From the NCBI GenBank assembly GCA_016202545.1, contig JACQON010000016.1, forward strand, positions 575 to 64,574: a DNA stretch of 64,000 nucleotides, read 5' to 3'. Both the position numbers and the translations under genes were made by a program. Shown piece by piece: positions 46,648-56,279 of this stretch (position 1 is its first letter; each line of letters begins with the position of its first letter). The notes under the pieces were generated by a model that was not told where the DNA came from, searched no databases, and was given only the letters and a program-made list of their open reading frames with translations. The stretch comes from Chloroflexota bacterium (GTDB lineage: Bacteria; Chloroflexota; Dehalococcoidia; Dehalococcoidales; JACQON01).

Positions 46648-48522
46648 TCAATTGTCATTCTTCTCTTCAGTTCGTAGTATATTCTCTTTAACGCTGCGAA
46701 GTAATTTCTCAGTGGTATAAGGTTTTTGTATGAAGGGGTATCCTTTCTCTAATATTACGGACAGCTGAGCTTTATCATCAGCGTAGCCGCTGCTTAGTAT
46801 GATATGAAGTGCAGGTTGTAGAGTAAGGAGTTGCCCCACAAGTACAACTCCTGATTGACCGGGCAGAATAACGTCACTGAGAACCAGTTGAAAATTACCA
46901 TCCTCTCGGTCAAAGATGGTCATTGCTTCCTCTGCGGATTCTGCTGGTAACACTTGATATCCGTTTTCAGTAAGTAACCGCAGGGTGACGGTACGGATTG
47001 ACTCATCATCCTCAACTAGTAGAATACGTTCACCATTACCATGTAGTTCCTCTAAGGAAGTGGACTCTTTGGTCAGTTCATTTTTATCTTCTGAACTGTC
47101 GGGAAAAGCTGGAATGTAGACCCTGAACGTTGTGCCTTGCCCCGGCTCGCTGTAGACATTGACCCACCCATCAATCTGTTTGATAATCCCGTAGACAGTA
47201 GATAACCCGAGGCCGGTTCCCTGCCCTTTAGCCTTAGTGGTAAAAAAAGGTTCGAAGATATGCTCCATAGTTTCCTTATCCATCCCGGTACCCGTGTCCG
47301 TAATTGAAAGACGAACAAAGTCACCAGGTTTCGCTTCAGCGATAAAGGCAATGTCTTTCTCATTCAGGGTTACGTTTTCCGTCCTCACAGTGATTTTCCC
47401 TCCGTCAGGCATAGCGTCACTGGCATTTACTACGATATTCATGATAACCTGCTCAATACTTCCATTGTCAGCCTTAATAGAATTTAGCTTCGGCTCAAGC
47501 ATAGTGTCTAGCTGGACGTCTTCGCCGATAAGACGACGTAACATCTTATCCATGTCACTGATGATGAAATTGACATCCAGCAGCTTTACTTCCACCATCT
47601 GTCGGCGGCTAAAAGTAAGTAGTTGTCGTGTCAGAGAGGTTGCTCTTTCCGCGGCTTTTTGTATCTCTTCAACATCCTGGCGTTTCGGGTCGCCACTGCT
47701 AAGGTCACCAAGTAACATCTCACTACCGACGGTAATTGCTGTCAACACATTGTTAAAGTCGTGCGCTACTCCACCTGCCAGCCGTCCTATTGCCTCCATC
47801 TTCTGTGATTCTCGGAGTCGGAACTGTATCTTTTCCCGTTCTTCTTCAGCCCGTTTACGCTCCTCTCGCTGCCCGACAATTATTCTCCAGCTCCTCCAGA
47901 CCGTGGTGACTAAAGCTCCATACAAAAGCACAAACCCTATAGCAATTGATAGCATAATCTCTTTGCGCTGATGATCAATCTGTACTGCCGTAGGTTCGTA
48001 ATACCGGTAAATCTCAAGAACACCCTGCGGTTCGGTGGTGCCGGGGAATACGATAGGAGTGTATATCTCCATGAGGGTACCCAAAAATCTTTCACGCGCG
48101 TTTTCTGGGTCTTCTGCCACTTCAATCTCAATAGGGGTTTTACCATCCAGTGCTTTAAGCAGGTTTTCATTGTCAGGGAATTTCTCCCCTACTAATGCAG
48201 TATCGTTTGAGTAGATTACCGTTCCATCTCTTGCCCAGAGTTTTACCCGGGCAGTCTGCTCGGAGGTTATTGATTCCTGCACGAACTTATCGAACCGGTC
48301 ATAACGCTCACCAATCATCGGATTTCTAAGGTCAGCAGACGTAATTTCCCGAAGAATCTGTCTTTGGACATCGGCTTTGGCTTCATTCGTGAGATTATCG
48401 ATAGCCTGCGACCGAATTGAATTGGATAGGGCGGTGATAAGAGTCACGGCAATGACGACCATCACTACCAAACTGATTATCGAGAACTGAAAGAAGAGGT
48501 TATCTTTGAAGAGTCTCATCAT
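46648..48522 (-). CDS. Hybrid sensor histidine kinase with C-terminal receiver
   Basis: 624 aa. Two TM segments flank an extracytoplasmic domain of about 170 aa. Has H-box GGVAHDFNNVL, the G-box GTGLGLSTV of the HATPase domain, and a receiver domain (ILLVEDDESIR...VLSDVILPG). Confidence 0.85.
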   Translation of the reverse strand: MMRLFKDNLFFQFSIISLVVMVVIAVTLITALSNSIRSQAIDNLTNEAKADVQRQILREITSADLRNPMIGERYDRFDKFVQESITSEQTARVKLWARDGTVIYSNDTALVGEKFPDNENLLKALDGKTPIEIEVAEDPENARERFLGTLMEIYTPIVFPGTTEPQGVLEIYRYYEPTAVQIDHQRKEIMLSIAIGFVLLYGALVTTVWRSWRIIVGQREERKRAEEEREKIQFRLRESQKMEAIGRLAGGVAHDFNNVLTAITVGSEMLLGDLSSGDPKRQDVEEIQKAAERATSLTRQLLTFSRRQMVEVKLLDVNFIISDMDKMLRRLIGEDVQLDTMLEPKLNSIKADNGSIEQVIMNIVVNASDAMPDGGKITVRTENVTLNEKDIAFIAEAKPGDFVRLSITDTGTGMDKETMEHIFEPFFTTKAKGQGTGLGLSTVYGIIKQIDGWVNVYSEPGQGTTFRVYIPAFPDSSEDKNELTKESTSLEELHGNGERILLVEDDESIRTVTLRLLTENGYQVLPAESAEEAMTIFDREDGNFQLVLSDVILPGQSGVVLVGQLLTLQPALHIILSSGYADDKAQLSVILEKGYPFIQKPYTTEKLLRSVKENILRTEEKNDN

Positions 48523-48653
48523 AATTTTGTAGCAAGAGCCCCTTCTATTTTACGTATACGGGGTATTATGCGCCTTCTTATAATGGTAGTCAATAAGTGG
48601 ATACCTAATAACAGCAATTCGGACTATTAATAGGCACCCCTGGTCCATTTTTG

Positions 48654-48682
48654 GTCTCCCAAAATGGGAGGCTTTTTGTTTT
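48654..48682 (+). terminator. Orphan intrinsic-terminator-like hairpin
   Basis: GTCTCCC-AAAAT-GGGAGGC followed by TTTTTGTTTT on the plus strand. No annotated plus-strand gene lies upstream. Confidence 0.35.
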
Positions 48683-48928
48683 CTCATTTCTTTCCTCGCC
48701 CTCCGGCGGGATGATAAACGTGCTATTCCCGGAATTTAACCTTATGACTAATTGTGCACTCAAAACGGCCTTACTAGACTGCCTACGCAAGAAGTCCTTT
48801 ACATCGCTGTGCTCGCCTAATGTTAAGATATGTGAGTTTATCACCTTCAAGGACATCAAAGATACAGACTTATCCCGAGACACCGAGCGTGGCGTTTACC
48901 AAATGCCGGTACGTAAGGCTGGCCAAAT

Positions 48929-49813
48929 CTAAGCCAGCAGGATAGTACCGCCAACCGCTGCAAATATCCCGATGATAACCATTGGTCCAAAGGCTTCAAG
49001 TTTCCGATTGAAGAAAAAGGAAAGGAGCAGCAAAAAGAGGGGGTTGAGGGAGAAAACTGGCTGCACCACGCTGGCCGCCCCCGTGCTCAGAGCTACATAA
49101 CGCAGGAGTTGCGCAGTCGCACTGAGTAAGCCGGCTAAGCAGAAAAAGAGTAATGCCAGTCCTTTTGTGCTGCTAATGTTAGTTCGCTTGTTTTCACTTA
49201 GCAGGCTGCCGCTCATTACCACGGTCGCTCCGGCATATGAGACGAGAGCCCCGGCTATCGGTGAGCCGGAATCGCCGAGCCCGATTTTTATGAGTATCGG
49301 GCTAATGCCCCAAGCTATGCCTACAAGGAAACCCATCAACCATACCTTGCCTGTTATGGCGGAAATATTCAAGTCGCTATTTTGCGGGTTGATCGTAGTA
49401 GCTACAAGGCCGACAAGGATCAGGAACACCCCCAGCGCCAGTCTCCAGCTAAACGGCTCATCCAGCACCGTGACGCCCAGAATCACTGAGAAAAGAGAGC
49501 TAAATCGGTTAATTACCGAGGCAAGGTTTGCCCCGACCATCTTTACGAGATTATACTGAAACGAACGTCCGACGACAAAATGAGCTATGCCCGCCGCAGT
49601 CAGCCAAGCGAAAGCTTGCCAGGAAAAACCGGTAATGTCGCCTAAATCTCCCATGAGGGCCAGAATGAGTACGAAAAAGGGTATCGCGAGCGGAACAGAT
49701 ATTAAGGCGCCAACAGCCGGGTCAGCAACTCGTACCACCGCCCGACGGGTAAAAATGCTACCCAGAGCAAAGGTCAGCGCACCTAGGATGCTAAGCAACA
49801 CAGGAGGCGTCAT
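48929..49813 (-). CDS. EamA/DMT-family transporter
   Basis: 294 aa with ten hydrophobic segments arranged as two EamA-like halves. Confidence 0.75.
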   Translation of the reverse strand: MTPPVLLSILGALTFALGSIFTRRAVVRVADPAVGALISVPLAIPFFVLILALMGDLGDITGFSWQAFAWLTAAGIAHFVVGRSFQYNLVKMVGANLASVINRFSSLFSVILGVTVLDEPFSWRLALGVFLILVGLVATTINPQNSDLNISAITGKVWLMGFLVGIAWGISPILIKIGLGDSGSPIAGALVSYAGATVVMSGSLLSENKRTNISSTKGLALLFFCLAGLLSATAQLLRYVALSTGAASVVQPVFSLNPLFLLLLSFFFNRKLEAFGPMVIIGIFAAVGGTILLA

Positions 49814-50331
49814 AAAAGCTCCCTGCTGTCACGTCGATACTCAATGTCATATTCATCGAATCTAAGTCATTTCTCGGGATTTGCGGTGGGCTGGAGACTT
49901 CCAGTTGCCGTGCATTGCTCCAAGCATCAAGGCACAATCATTGTCCTATATCATATCGCTTCATTTTGAGAAAAACAACTGCAGGTGCAGCTTCTCGAGT
50001 TTCAAGAGGTTTCGCCTGACAAGCGCAAAAAAAAGGTGACATCCGCCGCCTAACGGTTGACATGTTTAGTTCAAATGCCAGGCGTCGAAGCTGAATGCAT
50101 AACCTGTGCAGTTCACGATTCAACTACAAACGCCTATCTTGTAAGTGAATAACCCCCCAGCAAGCTGGGGGCATCTGGCGACCCCTCCCAGGGGAACGGA
50201 CGGGGCCACTTTCATCCCGCCAGCAAGCTGACGGGCATTCAGTGGAGTTTTCTGTAAATCGCTCCATTTTTAAAGCTTTGAGTTCATTACTGGAAATGTT
50301 TTAACGATTCAAGTGATGCTTGCTATATTTA

Positions 50332-50360
50332 TTGACAAAGCATTTGAGGAGTGTTAGTAT
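50332..50360 (+). promoter_or_regulatory. Candidate sigma70-type promoter for the tct operon
   Basis: TTGACA (50332..50337), a 17-nt spacer, then TAGTAT (50355..50360), about 70 bp upstream of the first tctC start. Confidence 0.4.
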
Positions 50361-50428
50361 GTGTGAACATCCGGAAGTTCTGGGCGACAAGCATTTAGAA
50401 GGCAAAAATAAGCGACAGGAGGATTAAA

Positions 50429-51574
50429 ATGCGGAAACTGATAGTGATTTTCGTGATATTAGTCTCGGGCTTAACATTCACCATCGGTGCCTGTGCTAAG
50501 GCGCCGGCACCTACATCGACGCCGATACCAACGGTAACAGCTCCTGCGCCAACGGTAACAGCCCCAGGACCAACAGTCACGGTAACAGCAGCGCCAACGC
50601 CAACACCTACGGCTGCGCCGACAGCGGTGAGCGCTGCCGATTTTTATCGGACTCACACGGTGACCATAGTGGCCAATAGCACCGCGGGAGGGGGCACTGA
50701 CTACGGTGCCCGCTTGCTCGCAGCTTACTGGAATGAGGTTACCGGCGGGACTATGATAGTCAAGAATGAACCTGGAGGTATTGGTCTGGTGGCCATTAAT
50801 CAAGTCTATAGTGCGAAACCTGATGGGCTCACCATAGGAACAGGTGAACTGGGAGCGCACTTGGTCGGTTACGCACTTTTGGGGAGTCCTGGCGTCCAGT
50901 ATGACGCCAAGAAGTTCAACTATTTTCTACAGTATGCTCCGGAGGAACGTGTGCTTTCGGTTGGAATTAATCAACCCTACAAGTCTTTGGAGGACCTGAA
51001 GCAGGCGAAGGGGTTAATATTCGGCATCTCATCGGCAGGTAGCGTAGCAGCGGGTGGTACTGCCATGATTTTGGAATTCTTCGGACTTGATGGCAAGATA
51101 GTTGCCGGCTTCCGCGGTGCGGATATAGGGTTGGCTGCCGCCAAAGGCGAAATAACTGGCTACCTATACAACACCTCCATAATAAAGAAGGACATAGAAA
51201 AGGGATTCGTGAAGCCTCCATTTCTTTCCATGAGCTTTGAAAGGAGCCCTGTGTTCCCTGATACGCCGGCAGTTCGTGAGCTAATAAAGCCCTCACCAGA
51301 GCAAGAGGCACTGCTGAAACTCTATGTTCCCCTAACCATGGCTAAAGGGGTTTTCGGTCCGCCAGGCATTCCTGAAGACAGAGTTAAGTTTTTGCAGGAC
51401 GTCTTTATTAAAATTACGAGTATGGCTGGTTTTATCACCCAGGCAAAGTTGCAGTTTCCCCAGTGGGTTCCTGCTGACGCGGGGCCCAAGGTTGCTGAGA
51501 TGATAAGCGCTGCAATGAACAGCCCTAAGGAAGTTCTAACCAGGTTTGAAGAGCTGTCAAAGAAAGGCGGATAA
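50429..51574 (+). CDS. tctC: Tripartite tricarboxylate transporter substrate-binding lipoprotein (TctC/Bug family), copy 1
   Basis: 381 aa with lipobox IGAC, a long Pro/Thr/Ala/Val linker, then a TctC-like domain (GGGTDYGARLLA..., NEPGGIG). AGGAGG lies upstream. Confidence 0.8.
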   Translation: MRKLIVIFVILVSGLTFTIGACAKAPAPTSTPIPTVTAPAPTVTAPGPTVTVTAAPTPTPTAAPTAVSAADFYRTHTVTIVANSTAGGGTDYGARLLAAYWNEVTGGTMIVKNEPGGIGLVAINQVYSAKPDGLTIGTGELGAHLVGYALLGSPGVQYDAKKFNYFLQYAPEERVLSVGINQPYKSLEDLKQAKGLIFGISSAGSVAAGGTAMILEFFGLDGKIVAGFRGADIGLAAAKGEITGYLYNTSIIKKDIEKGFVKPPFLSMSFERSPVFPDTPAVRELIKPSPEQEALLKLYVPLTMAKGVFGPPGIPEDRVKFLQDVFIKITSMAGFITQAKLQFPQWVPADAGPKVAEMISAAMNSPKEVLTRFEELSKKGG

Positions 51575-51698
51575 AGTATACACACAGGTGATGGTGAGGT
51601 GCCATCATTGAACCTGCGTGCTTTCATGAAGGTGTGAGCAGCGCCGATATGCTTGGTGAATAGTGTAAAGAAGGTGAAAAAATAAGAGGAGTAGCCAA

Positions 51699-52847
51699 AT
51701 GAAGAAGAAAAGGTTGACAGCACTATCGGGGAGTATCTGTCTCATCCTAATTCTGACAGCAATGCTTCTGATGCCAGCTTGTGCTAAGGCGCCGGCACCT
51801 ACATCGACGCCGATACCAACGGTAACAGTTCCTGCGCCAACGGTAACAGCCCTGGGACCAACAGTCACAGTAACAGCAACACCTACGCCGACGCCAGTGA
51901 GCGCCGCCGATTTTTATCGGACTCACACGGTGACCATAGTAGCCAATAGCACCGCGGGAGGGGGCACTGACTATGGCGCCCGCTTGCTCGCAGCTTACTG
52001 GAATGGGGTTACCGGTGGGACTATGATAGTCAAGAATGAACCTGGAGGTATTGGTCTGGTGGCCATTAATCAAGTCTATAGTGCGAAACCTGATGGGCTC
52101 ACTATAGGGACAGGTGAACTAGGGTCGCATGTAGTCGGTTACGCACTTTTTGGGAATCCTGGTATCCAGTATGACCCTAAGAAGCTCACCTATATTGGAC
52201 ATTTTGCTGCACAACCAACAGTACTCTCCGTTGGAATTAATCAACCCTACCAGTCTATGGATGACCTGAAGCAGGCGAAGGGGTTAATATTTGGCATCTC
52301 AGGAACAGAAGGCATCATAGCAAGTGGTACCGCCATGGTTTTGGAATTCTTCGGACTGGATGGCAAGATGGTTGCCGGCTACCGCGGCGCGGATATAGGG
52401 TTGGCCGCCGCCAAAGGCGAAATAACTGGCTACGTATACTCAGCCTCCATAGTGAAAAAGGATATAGAAAAGGGATTTGTGAAACCTCCAATTCTTTCCA
52501 CCAGCTTGGAAAAGACGCTCTGGTTCCCTGATACGCCAGCAATCCCTGAGCTAATAAAGCTCTCCCCGGAGCAAGAGGCACTGCTGAAACTCCATGTTGC
52601 CCTGTCTACGGCTAAAGGGTTTTTCGCCCCGCCGGGCATTCCTGAAGACAGGGTTAAGTTTCTGCAGGATGCCTTTATTAAAATTGCAGGTATAGATGGC
52701 TTTGTCACCCAGGCGAAGTTGCAGTTTCCAGTTTGGGTCCCTGTTGACCCGGGCCCCAAGGTTGCTGAAATGGTAAACGCTGTAATGAATAGCCCGAAGG
52801 AAGTTGTAGCTAAATATAGCGAGGTGATAAAGAAATATCTTAAATGA
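51699..52847 (+). CDS. tctC: Tripartite tricarboxylate transporter substrate-binding lipoprotein (TctC/Bug family), copy 2
   Basis: 382 aa with lipobox MPAC. It is a tandem paralog of copy 1, with long stretches of identical DNA in the linker and N-terminal lobe. Confidence 0.8.
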   Translation: MKKKRLTALSGSICLILILTAMLLMPACAKAPAPTSTPIPTVTVPAPTVTALGPTVTVTATPTPTPVSAADFYRTHTVTIVANSTAGGGTDYGARLLAAYWNGVTGGTMIVKNEPGGIGLVAINQVYSAKPDGLTIGTGELGSHVVGYALFGNPGIQYDPKKLTYIGHFAAQPTVLSVGINQPYQSMDDLKQAKGLIFGISGTEGIIASGTAMVLEFFGLDGKMVAGYRGADIGLAAAKGEITGYVYSASIVKKDIEKGFVKPPILSTSLEKTLWFPDTPAIPELIKLSPEQEALLKLHVALSTAKGFFAPPGIPEDRVKFLQDAFIKIAGIDGFVTQAKLQFPVWVPVDPGPKVAEMVNAVMNSPKEVVAKYSEVIKKYLK

Positions 52848-52976
52848 CACCCGATGCACCGGATAGAGTAGACATTCTGAGTGAACATAGGGTTATTCCA
52901 TAGTTGGCAGACTTTCGGCAAAAGGAAAATTCTTAGTTCTAGCCCCCACAATAAACGGAATGGGGGTTAATGATAA

Positions 52977-54479
52977 ATGGTATTAGAAGCATTTCTCCAA
53001 GGTTTACAAAGCTTCACACATCTGCAGTTCTCATTGGCTGTGGGTGTCGGGGTTATTATTGGGCTTGTATTCGGTATTGTTCCCGGCATTGGTGGCATGC
53101 TGGCCTGTGCTCTCCTATTGCCCTTTATGTTCGGTCTGAATCCAGAAATAGGTTTGCCCCTTCTACTGTCAATTGTTAGTGTTCAATATACAGGTGGTTC
53201 AATAACCGCTGTCCTGCTGGGCATACCTGGAACTGGTCCTAATGTAGCAACCACGTTCGACGGCTTTCCTATGACGCAGAAAGGTGAGGGTGGTCGTGCC
53301 CTGGGAGCAGTATTGACGAGTTCTGGATTAGGGGGAGCAGTTTCAGCGCTGTTGGCTTTAGCAATGGTTCCACTGGTAATACCTATGATTATGGCGATTC
53401 GGACAGCAGACATGGTATTTATGATACTGCTGGGCCTTTCGTTCCTTGGCGTGTTGGGTGGACGGTCGACGATTAAGGGTTTAATCAGTGGCGCACTAGG
53501 ACTACTCCTTGCTTTCGTAGGGTTTCAAGCCACCACTGGAGCAGCACGCTTCACGTTTGGCAGCCTCTATCTTTATGAAGGTCTGGCAATGATTCCACTT
53601 GTTCTGGGATTATTTGCATTGACCGAAATAGTTTCGCTAGCTGTAAGTGGTGGTACTATAGCCAAGGCATCAGCACCCATTCAAGAAATACGCAATGTAT
53701 GGGAGGGGGTGAAAGATGTTATCCGCCACTGGACGCTATGGCTACGCTCTACCATCATAGGTTATATCATCGGGGTTATTCCTGGAGTAGGCAGTGAGAC
53801 AGCTATTTTCGTGGCTTATGGTCAAGCCAAGCAACTCTCAAGAAATCCCGAGCGATTTGGCACTGGCATTGTAGAGGGTGTTATTGCTCCCGAAAGCGCC
53901 AACAATGCCAAAGATGGCGGAGCGTTATTGACAACCCTGGCTCTAGGCATACCAGGGAGTTCAGTTTATGCTTTGATCATAGGGGCAATGTTCATGATGG
54001 GACTCCCCGTAGGTCCTGACATGCTGACGAGGCAGTTGCCGCTGTCATTTAGCTTACTGTTAGTTATTGTTGTCTCCAATTTAGTAGGAGCAGCCGTTTG
54101 CCTCCCGCTGGCGCCACGCCTGGGCAAAATAGCCTTCGTTCCCAGTGGAATTCTTACTCCCTTGGTTATAGTTCTTATACTTGTCGGCTCCTTTGCCTAC
54201 CGTGGGTACTTTAATGACATTATCGTAACCCTTGTCTTTGGTGCGCTAGGGTTGGCTATGAGAAGATTTGGTTACAGTCGCCCCGCACTATTCTTAGGCT
54301 ATGTTTTGGGGTACCTGTTTGAACTGTACTTTTTCATGGCTCTCGATCTAGCTGGCCCCTTATTCTTCGTGAGACCGATCAGTCTGTCTTTAATTGGTAT
54401 TATGATTGTTCTTTTCGCTCTTGGACCTATTAGGAACTTGTTTGAACGTCGGTTTAAGAGAGGAGCAAGGACGTCATGA
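52977..54479 (+). CDS. tctA: Tripartite tricarboxylate transporter large permease TctA
   Basis: 500-aa polytopic protein with typical TctA motifs (GIVPGIGG, GLGIPGS). Confidence 0.85.
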   Translation: MVLEAFLQGLQSFTHLQFSLAVGVGVIIGLVFGIVPGIGGMLACALLLPFMFGLNPEIGLPLLLSIVSVQYTGGSITAVLLGIPGTGPNVATTFDGFPMTQKGEGGRALGAVLTSSGLGGAVSALLALAMVPLVIPMIMAIRTADMVFMILLGLSFLGVLGGRSTIKGLISGALGLLLAFVGFQATTGAARFTFGSLYLYEGLAMIPLVLGLFALTEIVSLAVSGGTIAKASAPIQEIRNVWEGVKDVIRHWTLWLRSTIIGYIIGVIPGVGSETAIFVAYGQAKQLSRNPERFGTGIVEGVIAPESANNAKDGGALLTTLALGIPGSSVYALIIGAMFMMGLPVGPDMLTRQLPLSFSLLLVIVVSNLVGAAVCLPLAPRLGKIAFVPSGILTPLVIVLILVGSFAYRGYFNDIIVTLVFGALGLAMRRFGYSRPALFLGYVLGYLFELYFFMALDLAGPLFFVRPISLSLIGIMIVLFALGPIRNLFERRFKRGARTS

Positions 54480-54961
54480 AGGTAAGAGGCAATTTTTACT
54501 TTCTTGTTATAATTATGGTCAGTATGTTAGTCATCATTGGTTTGTCCGTGCAAATGGAAACCATTAAATCCAAATTGCTCCCGCTTCTAATGGGTAGCAT
54601 TGCTTTTGTTCTGGCAGCGATTGAATTATGGCGGGAGACTTTAGGAAAAGATGAGTCGGCGACAACTGCAACTGCGATTGACGTAATCAAGAATGAAGAG
54701 GCTAGGAGAGGATTGCGCGAATATTTGGGTAAGCTAGGCTGGGTCATAGGCTTTTCCTTGGCTATTTACTTGCTGGGTTTTATTACTTCGATTCCATTGT
54801 TTGTGCTAGCTTACATGAAGTCACATGGCATAGGGTGGCGCGTAGCCATCATTTGTGCTGTCGTAGCGATTGCAGCCATCTACGGCGTGTTTGAATTTGC
54901 TCTAAGAGTGGAGTTATATCGGGGATTACTTTTCACTTGGTTGGGCCAGTTATTTACGTGA
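54476..54961 (+). CDS. tctB: Tripartite tricarboxylate transporter small permease TctB-like
   Basis: 161 aa, four TM segments. Overlaps the tctA stop by 4 nt. Assigned mainly from size, topology and position. Confidence 0.6.
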   Translation: MKVRGNFYFLVIIMVSMLVIIGLSVQMETIKSKLLPLLMGSIAFVLAAIELWRETLGKDESATTATAIDVIKNEEARRGLREYLGKLGWVIGFSLAIYLLGFITSIPLFVLAYMKSHGIGWRVAIICAVVAIAAIYGVFEFALRVELYRGLLFTWLGQLFT

Positions 54962-55136
54962 AGTTACGTGTCCTTTCCTTGCCTTTAATAGATTTACTGA
55001 CCTTATTAATGTCGAAGCACAGCAAGGATAAACTGGAATATATAGATTGTGTGCGGAGGTGGCCTTGAACCTGTCTTGACCTAGTGCTCGAACTCACTAT
55101 GCGATAGATAGAAACTGAAAAGGAGGTAGACAGCCG

Positions 55137-56216
55137 ATGAAAGTCGAACCAATTCCACCGAATGCTGGGTACATACAAAAGACACCCTATGAAATATGGA
55201 TGGAGAAAGAAGGTATTCCGGTAGTAACCGGCTACTCGGTAGGTGACCTGAGGGAGGTACCTGTCAAGCCCTGGCCAAGGCGGGGAGGCCTGGGTGCCTT
55301 TATCAACCTCAGGGGCAGTGAACAAAGCGCCGGCTCCTATGTCTGTGAAATACCTCCCGGTGGTAGCCTCGAGCCACAAAAACATTTGTATGAGGAGACG
55401 GTTCTCATCCTCAATGGCCGAGGTGCAACCACCATATGGTATGAGGGGTGCCCCAAGCAGACTTTCGAGTGGGGGGAGGGGAGCTTGTTTGCTATACCCC
55501 TAAATGCCTGGTATCAGCACTTTAACGGTCAGGGAGACAAACCAGTAAGGTTTTTTGGGGTGAACAGTGCCCCCCTAGTTATGAATCTTTTCCACAACAC
55601 AGACTTTGTCTTTAATAACGGCTATGTCTTCAAAGATAGGTACAACGGCGAGGAGGAGTATTTCAGTAGTAAGGGGAAGCTTCTGATAAACAAGAGGAGG
55701 CGGGTGTGGGAGAGCAACTTCATTCCTGACCTTCTCAATATTAAGCTATATGAATATCAAGAAAGGGGGGCCGGTGGTACCTATATCGACTTCGAGTTGG
55801 CAGACAATACCATGTGTGCCCACACTGCTGAGTTTCCGTCGGGAACCTACAAGAAGGCTCATCGGCATGGGCCAGCAGCCAATGTGGTTATACTAGCTGG
55901 GAAGGGATACAGCCTGATGTGGCCGGAGGGGGAGTCGTGGGTAAAGTGTGATTGGCATCCCGGCAGCCTGGTGATACCCCCCGACCGCTGGTTCCATCAA
56001 CACTTCAACACCGGCACGGAGCCAGCCCGGTATCTAGCTATGCGTTGGAATAGTCAGAAGCATTCCATGGGGCTAAAATTTAGACAGGATGAGAGTACGA
56101 AGTCAGGGGGAGACCAGATAGAATATGAAGATGAAGACCCAGCGGTGATGAAGCTATTTAAACAGGAACTGGCCAAGGAGGGTGCCCAGCTCCACATGTC
56201 TCATCCATATGCTTGA
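55137..56216 (+). CDS. Bicupin protein (gentisate 1,2-dioxygenase-like fold)
   Basis: 359 aa with two cupin modules. The first has G.SLEPQKHLYEE...L.G.G. The second has FPSGTYKKAHRHGPAANVVIL.G.G and WFHQHFNTG. Confidence 0.65.
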   Translation: MKVEPIPPNAGYIQKTPYEIWMEKEGIPVVTGYSVGDLREVPVKPWPRRGGLGAFINLRGSEQSAGSYVCEIPPGGSLEPQKHLYEETVLILNGRGATTIWYEGCPKQTFEWGEGSLFAIPLNAWYQHFNGQGDKPVRFFGVNSAPLVMNLFHNTDFVFNNGYVFKDRYNGEEEYFSSKGKLLINKRRRVWESNFIPDLLNIKLYEYQERGAGGTYIDFELADNTMCAHTAEFPSGTYKKAHRHGPAANVVILAGKGYSLMWPEGESWVKCDWHPGSLVIPPDRWFHQHFNTGTEPARYLAMRWNSQKHSMGLKFRQDESTKSGGDQIEYEDEDPAVMKLFKQELAKEGAQLHMSHPYA

Positions 56217-56279
56217 GAGATGATGCCTTGGCCTGAGTAAGCGCCGCGAGCTAAACGTATTCTTGGCAGGATACCAAGT

